A DNA stretch of 64,000 bases from a virus. The notes under the pieces were generated by a model that was given only the letters and a program-made list of their open reading frames with translations, ran no database searches and was not told where the DNA came from. Positions 7,693 through 14,812 of this stretch are shown here, piece by piece. Made by a program: the position numbers and the translations under genes. Each line of letters starts with the position of its first letter. The first letter of the stretch is position 1. The stretch is taken from IMG/VR virus record IMGVR_UViG_3300029940_000031; one strand, written 5' to 3'.

Positions 7693-8133
7693 TTACTGAT
7701 CATCACGTCTGTATCTTGGTTTAAGAACACATTGCAACACACCTTCTAAGGCTAATCGTCTATGATACCCTGTACAAACAGTCCAGTATATTCTAATCCG
7801 ACCTTGGATTGATTTGAAAAAAAGTATTCGTCTTGTCTGTTTGTTATCATATAGTTTTTCAATATGGCTGTGTAATCGTCCTTGAATCCAACCTTCACCT
7901 ACATATAATATTTCTTCAGTTATTAAATCAACAAACACATATACCCCTCTTTTATCATTAGATACAAATTCTTTTACTTTGTTTTTGAGCTCTAGACCTT
8001 TTCGAAGTTGATCCTCTTCGTTATATTTATATTCCAGAATAAAGTTAGACCACCCTTTAGGTATAAGCGGGAGTATGGAATTCTCTAAAAGAAATTGTTC
8101 TAAGTTATTATCGAAATATCCATTATATATCAT
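7693..8133 (-). CDS. Small GIY-YIG-like nuclease-superfamily protein
   Basis: GVYVF-x9-ILYVGEG-x4-RLHSH reproduces the GIY...YIG...R spacing. Confidence 0.5.
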   Translation of the reverse strand: MIYNGYFDNNLEQFLLENSILPLIPKGWSNFILEYKYNEEDQLRKGLELKNKVKEFVSNDKRGVYVFVDLITEEILYVGEGWIQGRLHSHIEKLYDNKQTRRILFFKSIQGRIRIYWTVCTGYHRRLALEGVLQCVLKPRYRRDDQ

Positions 8134-8235
8134 TCAAAATACTCACTTTCACACGATTTAAAAACGAGTTTATTCTATATTTTTACTGTTAGATAATACC
8201 ATACTTTTCTTAAATCATCTTAATCTATCTTTTAT

Positions 8236-8250
8236 TTTTGCACCAGAACC
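8236..8250. mobile_element. Solo IS6-family terminal inverted repeat
   Basis: TTTTGCACCAGAACC identical to 5976-5990 and preceded by the same CTTTTATTTT context; same orientation. Confidence 0.6.
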
Positions 8251-8799
8251 ACAAATAGTAATATCCACAGATTTTAATTTTGAAAATTATGTGAATTAAC
8301 AAAACAGAACGGTTTATCATTTTTTTCTCCTAAAAAATCTATTTAGTTATTTCGTATAAATAACTTTAAATTAACACTTACATCATAATAAATTAGTCAA
8401 TATATAAATGTAAGTGAATAGAGAAGAAAAATGCACTATTGCATATTCTTATCCGTAAAGCGTAAAAAGCACTGATATAAAGCTATTTTCAAATTTTCTC
8501 AATATTTTTCTGATAACCACAAGACTGAATTTTGGCAAAAATATGATATTATGAAAATAATAAAATAAACGGAACGAAAAAAAGACTCACAGCGTGTGTA
8601 AGTAGTGTTCGCATCACTCTTATACCGTTCGCCCGACTCACCAGGGGAACATCTGCCATAAGTCTCTTTTCGGTTACTTCATGAGTAACAATTACATTAT
8701 AACATGCCGATATTACTAAAGCATTACTGTGGTATGAACTTCCTGTTTATAATTTGAGGAAAATAGCGAAGCGTCTTTGTTCCAAAAGGAGCAAATTTG

Positions 8800-10026
8800 A
8801 TGGATCATACACTTATACAAAAAAAAGAAGAGTTCAAAAGAAAAGCATTAATGAATTTCTTAAGTAGCATTATCGATGAAATTGATTTTCAAAGAAGGAA
8901 TCAAGAAGACATCGCAAAAGAATTAGGTATTTCAGGAGGGGCACTCTCGAAAAACTTATCAGGTAAAAGTCAATTTAATTTTTGGAATATGATTAAGTTA
9001 CTTAATATCTTGTACGATGACAATGTCTTAAAGAAAAAAGAGATGATGCATAAGTTTTGCTCAGTTACAAAGAGCAAACAAAACTTGAGAATTGCTATGG
9101 AATATGCAAATTCAACAGGTGACTTAGAATTATTAAAATTAATTGTAGATATAGAAAAAACGTCATCGTTGGCTATGAATAGAGAGTGGGCTTATGTATA
9201 CGAATTGGTATGGATGCGAAGTAAAGGTGTCGTTAGTGGTAAAAACTTATTAGAGAAATTAGAAGATCGTAAGAAAAGTAAGGTAATTAGGACACAAGAA
9301 ATGAAGGTTTTATACGGAATACTAACTTTTTATACGATGTATGATTTAGAGAAATTCAATTCATTGTTCGAATACGCTGAAGTATTATTGCCTAAAGTCG
9401 AAGAAATTCAAGATGCTTTTATTAGAACAGCATATGCGGGTAGAATTAAAGAAGGCTTATCTTACGCCTATTTAATGCAAGATAATGTTTATAGATCAAG
9501 AGAATTGTGTCATGAAATTATGCATTTAAAAGATGATAAAAATTGTTTTTCTCTTTTAAGGGTGTCAGCTTTGGTATACCTTGCAGAGTCTTATACATTC
9601 GAAAGTTACGAAAGAGCTTCTTGGTACATCAATAAATCGTTAGAAATGTTAGGTACATGCCATTTTGAGAGAGCGATTAAAAGAAAAGAAAATGTTATGA
9701 ATACCTTTGCTTTTATTAAGCTTGTTTATAATAAAGAACTCGAGGAAATCGAAATATATAACGTATGCGAAGAAGCTTTTTATCAAGTGTTAATCGGTCA
9801 TTCTGATGTGGCGGTAAAACTTTTAAAGGAAACTGAAAGAAAAGATGGGAAGTTGAGTCCTATGAAAAAATGCATATTAGGATATGCGTTGAAAGACATT
9901 GATTTATTAAAAGAATCATTAGTAGATTTCGAGTGTGCAGGTAATAGGTTTTATAGCAAATTACCTAGAAAAATGTTGGTAGAATTTTATAAAATTGGTA
10001 TAATATATGAGGGTGATGCTAAATGA
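8800..10026 (+). CDS. aimR: AimR-like arbitrium receptor (HTH plus TPR-like repeats)
   Basis: AAGGAG RBS 8 nt before ATG 8800; N-terminal HTH IAKELGISGGALSKNLSG; about 390 aa helical body collinear with recalled SPbeta/phi3T AimR blocks; followed by a secreted-peptide ORF. Confidence 0.7.
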   Translation: MDHTLIQKKEEFKRKALMNFLSSIIDEIDFQRRNQEDIAKELGISGGALSKNLSGKSQFNFWNMIKLLNILYDDNVLKKKEMMHKFCSVTKSKQNLRIAMEYANSTGDLELLKLIVDIEKTSSLAMNREWAYVYELVWMRSKGVVSGKNLLEKLEDRKKSKVIRTQEMKVLYGILTFYTMYDLEKFNSLFEYAEVLLPKVEEIQDAFIRTAYAGRIKEGLSYAYLMQDNVYRSRELCHEIMHLKDDKNCFSLLRVSALVYLAESYTFESYERASWYINKSLEMLGTCHFERAIKRKENVMNTFAFIKLVYNKELEEIEIYNVCEEAFYQVLIGHSDVAVKLLKETERKDGKLSPMKKCILGYALKDIDLLKESLVDFECAGNRFYSKLPRKMLVEFYKIGIIYEGDAK

Positions 10027-10181
10027 AAAAATTATTAACTTTAGTAGTGACATTTGCTTTAGTTGGAGTACTATATATATCTCCTGCTAAAGAGCATAAA
10101 GAACAATCAGTACAAACAGCGAAGGTTTTTCAAGAAAATACGTATAGAATGATGGTTGATCCTGGAGGTGGAATGGGATAA
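10023..10181 (+). CDS. aimP: AimP-like secreted pro-peptide (52 aa)
   Basis: ATGA overlap with the aimR stop; GAGGGTG RBS; signal-like MKKLLTLVVTFALVGVLYISPA; C-terminus YRMMVDPGGGMG. Confidence 0.6.
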   Translation: MKKLLTLVVTFALVGVLYISPAKEHKEQSVQTAKVFQENTYRMMVDPGGGMG

Positions 10182-10218
10182 TATCCTATTCTATCAAGGA
10201 TGTAATATAAATACTTAG

Positions 10219-10260
10219 AATGCGATTGTCTCAAATGAGGCAATCGCATTCGCTGTTTTT
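10219..10260 (+). terminator. Strong hairpin plus T-run downstream of aimP
   Basis: AATGCGATTGTCTC-AAAT-GAGGCAATCGCATT then CGCTGTTTTT. Confidence 0.65.
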
Positions 10261-10348
10261 AGAGGGATTTCCTAAATATCGGATTCTATATTCGAGAAAA
10301 TATTGTGAATCGTTCACAAATTACATAGATAAACTGGGGGTTTTAGGG

Positions 10349-10480
10349 ATGAAAAAAGAAAGCTTAGCTGAGGTATTATGGAAGACACTTGTAATGGGAG
10401 AAACCACAAGTGATGAGAGCAAAAAACAAGAAGTTTCTAATATAGAGTTACTTATTATGAATAAAAAGAATGATTGTTAG
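10349..10480 (+). CDS. Small ORF (43 aa) in the aimX position
   Basis: ATG 10349 after GGGGG; MKKESLAEVLWKTLVMGETTSDESKKQEVSNIELLIMNKKNDC; may act as an RNA rather than a protein. Confidence 0.35.
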   Translation: MKKESLAEVLWKTLVMGETTSDESKKQEVSNIELLIMNKKNDC

Positions 10481-10499
10481 CATTTTGCTGACAATCATT
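10469..10499 (-). terminator. Terminator of the cI-like gene
   Basis: AATGATTGT-loop-ACAATCATT; a T-run follows only on the minus strand (plus-strand AAAAA 10464-10468). Confidence 0.6.
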
Positions 10500-10834
10500 T
10501 AATCATCTGAACCAAGGGCTGCCTGCATCATTTTATAAAGCATCTCTTGTTCGTGTTTAGGTTTTTGTTCTAGTTTTTCAAGTAAAACGTCAAACTTCTT
10601 TCGTAGGTCAGAGTATTGTTCATTACTTAAATGTGGATCGTCAGATAGCCCTAACAAATAATCAGTAGTTACATTTAGTACCTTAGATAATTTAGTTACA
10701 GACTCTCTAGATGGAGTTTTTTTATTACCTTCGAATCTTGAGATAGAAGCTTTAGTTAAATTAGTTAGTTCAGCTAATTCTTGCTGGGTTAAGTTTTTCT
10801 CTATCCTTAATTGTTTTAATCTCTCATTAAACAT
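10499..10834 (-). CDS. cI-like phage repressor (XRE HTH, no peptidase domain)
   Basis: LTQQELAELTNLTKASISRFEGNKKTP HTH; divergent from a cro-like gene across an operator-rich region. Confidence 0.8.
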   Translation of the reverse strand: MFNERLKQLRIEKNLTQQELAELTNLTKASISRFEGNKKTPSRESVTKLSKVLNVTTDYLLGLSDDPHLSNEQYSDLRKKFDVLLEKLEQKPKHEQEMLYKMMQAALGSDD

Positions 10835-10859
10835 TTATATTTTTCCTCCCCTAGAAAAA

Positions 10860-11049
10860 AGTTACCCGTAGGGTCAACCTTTAATTATATATTAATACGA
10901 ATGTTTCTCATAAGTAAACATTAAAAAGGGAATAAAAAGTAAAGCTTTTTATATTTTTCACTGTTTTTTGTCCTTATATAACATGATTGAAATTTAATTT
11001 TATATTTTTTACAAAAAATGTTGTCCTTAGGGTAACTTTTGTATATAAT
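10860..11049. promoter_or_regulatory. Divergent switch region with operators O1, O2 and the cro-side promoter
   Basis: O1 GTTACCCGTAGGGTCAAC (10861-10878); O2 GTTGTCCTTAGGGTAAC (11020-11036) overlapping -35 TTGTCC, 17 nt, -10 TATAAT (11044-11049). Confidence 0.65.
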
Positions 11050-11075
11050 AAAAATTGTAAACGAGGTGATCATAA

Positions 11076-11285
11076 ATGAAAGTTAACCATCAATTACTTT
11101 TAAGACTCCGCCGTAAACATAATATGACACAACGAGAACTTGGCGAACGACTTAATAAGGCTAAAGAAACGATCTCTAGATATGAAAATGGAGTGAAGAA
11201 TCCTAGCTTACAAACTTTATGTTCTTATGCAGAAGTTTTTGGTGTAACAATAGACGAATTAATGGAAAAGAAATTGAAAGTCTAA
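11076..11285 (+). CDS. Cro-like HTH regulator
   Basis: MTQRELGERLNKAKETISRYENGVKNP HTH; first gene of the rightward early operon. Confidence 0.8.
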   Translation: MKVNHQLLLRLRRKHNMTQRELGERLNKAKETISRYENGVKNPSLQTLCSYAEVFGVTIDELMEKKLKV

Positions 11286-11300
11286 TTTTTTTAACTATAA

Positions 11301-11317
11301 GTTACCTTCAGGGTAAC
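11301..11317. promoter_or_regulatory. Third operator copy O3 downstream of cro
   Basis: GTTACCTTCAGGGTAAC, the best palindrome of the three sites. Confidence 0.55.
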
Positions 11318-11377
11318 TAAAGCGATTAATTAAAAATAATCGGAAAGCAAAATCCCTTAGAACAGGAGGCGGTTTAA

Positions 11378-11494
11378 ATGTTAGAAGAAAGCATATTCTC
11401 ACATTTAATGATATTAGTGGGTGTTACCTTGCTTGCAGGATTCATTCAACTTATGGAATTCATAAACAAACGTTTGATTGAGGATGAAAAGTGA
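11378..11494 (+). CDS. Small membrane protein (38 aa)
   Basis: AGGAGG RBS; MLEESIFSHLMILVGVTLLAGFIQLMEFINKRLIEDEK. Confidence 0.5.
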   Translation: MLEESIFSHLMILVGVTLLAGFIQLMEFINKRLIEDEK

Positions 11495-11631
11495 TGGGGA
11501 AACAACAGCGAGATGAATACGAACGAAAGAAAATATTGTGGATCATAAAGGATTTAAGAGCTAGAGGGATACATAACAGCGCAGATAAGGTTGAGGAAAT
11601 GTATAAGAAGTTTATCACTCTAGCTAAATGA
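11494..11631 (+). CDS. Small basic protein (45 aa)
   Basis: TGATG overlap with the previous ORF; MGKQQRDEYERKKILWIIKDLRARG...; terminator-like GCCCTGCAAGGGGATGCAGGGC follows. Confidence 0.5.
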   Translation: MGKQQRDEYERKKILWIIKDLRARGIHNSADKVEEMYKKFITLAK

Positions 11632-11893
11632 TAAAAGCCCTGCAAGGGGATGCAGGGCAAGACTAAGGGTATTGAAGAATTGTCGATTCTAAAAGTAAAG
11701 GACTTCTTGGAATGTAATAAGTTTAACACGTAGTTCATTAAATTTTTATATAAAGATTTTACAGATTTATGAACACAATAAAATTTGATAAAAGGAGTGA
11801 TTCATGTGGAAGAAAACAAGAATCAAGCCCCTGCGGTAACAGAGGCTGTTGTAGAAGTGAAAATTCTATTAAATAATAAGCAAATTTGTGAAT

Positions 11894-12142
11894 CTAACGT
11901 TGTACTTCAACTTGACCAGAAATAGTAGCACTATATCGTTCATGCATACGTTTTCTTAAGTTATCTTCATAAGCTTTTGTCGCTTCTTTTATAACCATTT
12001 CTAGACTGCTCTCTGGAGTTAAATCATTATACTGGTGCGATTGTTCATGGACGTATTTTAAAACACCGTCAACAATTTCATGATGAGATAGTTTGAAAAT
12101 ATCATCTAAGTCAACACGAATATTTATAGTAGTTGGTTTCAT
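11894..12142 (-). CDS. Hypothetical protein, opposite orientation to the early operon
   Basis: 82 aa, GGAAGGAAG RBS region before ATG 12142; no recognisable motif. Confidence 0.5.
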   Translation of the reverse strand: MKPTTINIRVDLDDIFKLSHHEIVDGVLKYVHEQSHQYNDLTPESSLEMVIKEATKAYEDNLRKRMHERYSATISGQVEVQR

Positions 12143-12379
12143 AAAAACACTTCCTTCCGTCTGATTAATTCGACAAAAAGGAGGAAAATCCTACAAGGAT
12201 AAGACGCGTATTCACTTGTCGTAATATTCAGGGATTTAATGGTGTTCCCCATCTAGTAAAAGGATTCCTGGATATTTCGATGTGTGAAAGCATCAAAAAA
12301 GCCCGTACAGAAGCACAGGCCAGTTGTTACACATATCGGTAACTAAATTTTAACAAACTTTCAGAAAGTTAGCTATTAA

Positions 12380-12454
12380 AAAATAAAAAACGCTCGATAG
12401 CAACGAGCGTTGTAGAGAAAACATTCCCTAAAATTAGCTACCTATATTATACCA
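12380..12454 (-). ncRNA. Candidate short minus-strand transcript or attenuator
   Basis: Minus-strand TTTACT-16 nt-TGgTATAAT promoter (12446-12474), then hairpin ACGCTCG-TTGCTAT-CGAGCGT (12390-12410) and a long T-run. Confidence 0.3.
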
Positions 12455-12491
12455 TAAGTTTTCTCTCAGTAAATAAGGAGGAATTCAAAAA

Positions 12492-12692
12492 ATGATTGAA
12501 AATCCAATTACTTACGGAAATCATCACGATTCATCAGCAAGAGACTTTATGGATTATTGCCAAGGGTGTGGTGGAGAAATCTTCTACGGAGAAGGGTACC
12601 TTGATTTTAGTGGTGATCCGATCCATACCGAATCCGAATGCATCAAACAGTACGTTGAAGAACATTCAATGAAGAAAGTAGCGGGTAAATAA
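12492..12692 (+). CDS. Small Cys-containing hypothetical protein
   Basis: AAGGAGG RBS; CQGCGGE...ESEC suggests a small zinc-binding fold. Confidence 0.6.
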   Translation: MIENPITYGNHHDSSARDFMDYCQGCGGEIFYGEGYLDFSGDPIHTESECIKQYVEEHSMKKVAGK

Positions 12693-12693
12693 G

Positions 12694-12870
12694 GTGGTCC
12701 TACAAAACAAAATTGAAGCTGAAATTCAAATTATGAAGAGTCTAGTTGAACGATACAAGCAAAGCAAAGAGCCTGACGCTGCATCAATGGTTGTAGCTTA
12801 CGAATATGGATTACAAGCACTTATGGAAGTGTATGAAGCTAGTAAACAAACGGAAATAGCACCATTTTAA
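12694..12870 (+). CDS. Small hypothetical protein (58 aa, GTG start)
   Basis: GTG 12694 two nt after the previous stop, AAGG upstream; helical sequence. Confidence 0.4.
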   Translation: MVLQNKIEAEIQIMKSLVERYKQSKEPDAASMVVAYEYGLQALMEVYEASKQTEIAPF

Positions 12871-12887
12871 AAGAAGGGGAGATTCAT

Positions 12888-13520
12888 ATGATAACTGAAA
12901 ATTACTTTTCTAAATTGGCTCAAATAGATTGTTCGGGACATGTTGAGAAGAAAGGGCGTTTTAATTACTTATCGTGGGCATGGGCAGTTAAAAAGCTTCG
13001 TGAAGTAGATCCAACAGCCACATGGGAAGTAAAACGATTTGATGGAGTGCCTTACCTCAAAACAGATTGTGGTTACTTTGTAGAAGTTGAAGTAACTGTA
13101 CAAGGAATACCACTAAGTCAAATTCACCCGATACTTAACAATCAAAACAAGCCGATTGCAGAGCCTAACAGCTTTGACATTAACACAAGTATCCAACGTT
13201 GCTTAGTAAAGGCAATTGCACTTCACGGATTAGGATTGTACATCTATGCAGGTGAAGATTTACCAGAGATCCAAGAGGAAATGATTACTGCTCAACAAGT
13301 TGGTGCAATTAAATTAAACATAAAAAAATTAGCTACCCTTCGAAAAGTGGATGAAGACACGATTAAAGGATACTTAGGTATTAAAGAGGTTGGCGAATTG
13401 ACATTAAAACAAGCTGGAGAAGTACTTAAGAAATTAACAAAGTGGGTTAAACAGGCTGAAAAAGAAACTTCTGAAACTGAAGAGCAAGAACAAGTAGAAA
13501 AAATAGAACAAACAAACTAA
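12888..13520 (+). CDS. Single-strand annealing protein, Sak/Rad52-like (DUF1071-type)
   Basis: YLSWAWAVKKLREVDP...CLVKAIALHGLGLYIYAGEDLP matches the Sak/Rad52-like recombinase signature as recalled. Confidence 0.7.
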   Translation: MITENYFSKLAQIDCSGHVEKKGRFNYLSWAWAVKKLREVDPTATWEVKRFDGVPYLKTDCGYFVEVEVTVQGIPLSQIHPILNNQNKPIAEPNSFDINTSIQRCLVKAIALHGLGLYIYAGEDLPEIQEEMITAQQVGAIKLNIKKLATLRKVDEDTIKGYLGIKEVGELTLKQAGEVLKKLTKWVKQAEKETSETEEQEQVEKIEQTN

Positions 13521-13535
13521 GGAGATGCTAAACCT

Positions 13536-13712
13536 ATGTTAGACAAAAATCAATCTAAATTCGTCCTTCCGAAGTGGGTGTGGAAGGGCGCATGGAATGA
13601 AAAAGAAGCAAGAGTAAAGGCGATTGAGTACATCACCCCTGATCGCTACCCAGGATATAAAATAATCAAAATTCAAGGCGACATAGCGGTATGCGAAAGG
13701 GCGAATGCGTGA
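13536..13712 (+). CDS. Small hypothetical protein (58 aa)
   Basis: AAGGAG RBS; open ATG 13536 to TGA 13710-13712. Confidence 0.45.
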   Translation: MLDKNQSKFVLPKWVWKGAWNEKEARVKAIEYITPDRYPGYKIIKIQGDIAVCERANA

Positions 13713-13933
13713 TGTTTAAGATACCTGTAAGGCGTGGATCGATGAAAGAGATGTTAACAGCAGTTCGGGATTTAGAAAAACGAGGTTATGACTATGTAAC
13801 GCCAATTAAACGAATATATAGGGCAGAAAGAACTTTTTATCATGAAGGTAAATTTAGGGGGAGAGAAAAGGTTCGGTTTACTGGCATGGAAGACAATGTG
13901 AGCTATGAATGTTGGATGAAGAAGGTGGACTAA
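13712..13933 (+). CDS. Hypothetical protein (73 aa)
   Basis: TGATG coupling at 13710-13714; same frame as ORF 13691-13933. Confidence 0.55.
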   Translation: MFKIPVRRGSMKEMLTAVRDLEKRGYDYVTPIKRIYRAERTFYHEGKFRGREKVRFTGMEDNVSYECWMKKVD

Positions 13934-14812
13934 ATGGCAAAATACAGACACGTTCAAACTTCATTTTGGTCAGATGCAAAAGTTTCAGAAGAGATGACGC
14001 CAGAGGATAAATACTTTTACCTCTATCTAATGACTAATGAGCATACAAACCAAATTGGAGTTTATCAGATAACTAGAAAACAAATGGCTTTTGAATTGGG
14101 TTACTCAATTGAAAGTGCAAAAGCTTTATTGGATCGCTTTATTAATCATCATGATTTGGTAGTTTATAACGAAGAAACTAGAGAACTTTGCATACTTAAC
14201 TGGGGGAAATACAACCTTAACAAAGGTGGCAAGCCGATTGAGGATTGCATAAAGAAAGAGCTTAAAAGTATTAAAGATTTATCGTTAGTACGACTGGTGC
14301 TAGAACGAACAGAAAACATCTCGTTAGTACAAAAAGTCAGTGTTTATGCGGGTCTTGACGATACGTCACACGATACGTCCACGATACGGGGACAAAAAGA
14401 AAAAGAAAAAGAAAAAGAAAAAGAAAAAGAAAAAGAAAAAGAAAAAGAAAAAAAGACTCCTCGTCACAAGTTTGAAACTTGCGACACCAATGGGGCTAAG
14501 TATCTATTTGAAAAAATTAAGGGGAACAATCCTAAGCAAAAAGAACCTAACTTCAATAATTGGGCAAATGAATTTAGATTAATGCGAGAACGTGACAACA
14601 GAGAACCACAAGAGATTAAGGATGTTATTGATTGGTGCCAAGCTGATCCATTCTGGCAGGGGAACATTTTATCTCCTAAAAAGCTACGGGAAAAGTTCGA
14701 TCAACTAACTATTCAAATGAAATCTAAAAAGGGAGCGAAGAACAATGCAGAGAGCAGCGGCAGCAATACCAACCGATATAGCCAAAAAGGTGAATATGAT
14801 TATGGATTCTGA
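13934..14812 (+). CDS. Phage replisome organizer with C-terminal DnaD/DnaB-like domain
   Basis: N-terminus [12 protein letters not shown]...[21 protein letters not shown] is typical of replisome-organizer N domains; C-terminus [10 protein letters not shown]...[21 protein letters not shown]. Confidence 0.75.
   Translation: [292 protein letters not shown]
14358..14389. repeat. Three ACGATACG(T/G) direct repeats inside the organizer gene (candidate ori iterons)
   Basis: Copies at 14358, 14370 and 14381, spaced 11-12 bp, immediately before an A-rich tract. Confidence 0.5.
14394..14454. repeat. (AAAAAG)n hexanucleotide microsatellite, about 10 units
   Basis: Encodes (KE)n linker [22 protein letters not shown]; in-frame unit length. 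Confidence 0.9.

Noticed and set aside
8134-8796. Possible integrase gene or attachment site at the left phage boundary
   Set aside because: There is no ORF of useful size and no recombinase motif. The only features are the IS6 IR and AT-rich DNA, so the absence of an integrase is recorded as a finding.
10183-10201. Short dyad ATCCT-N9-AGGAT after aimP as an AimR operator
   Set aside because: The arms are only 5 bp, which is easily found by chance in AT-rich DNA. It is noted as a place to test AimR binding but not called.
11460-11738. 92-aa minus-strand ORF
   Set aside because: It overlaps two plus-strand small ORFs that have strong RBSs and TGATG coupling. It has no RBS and runs through a plus-strand terminator hairpin.
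14340-14582. 80-aa ORF with a poly-Lys run, and minus-strand ORFs 14464-14667 and 14724-15143
   Set aside because: The poly-Lys ORF is the alternate frame of the (AAAAAG)n microsatellite inside the well-supported replisome-organizer gene. The minus-strand ORFs are antisense to the organizer and DnaC-like genes.
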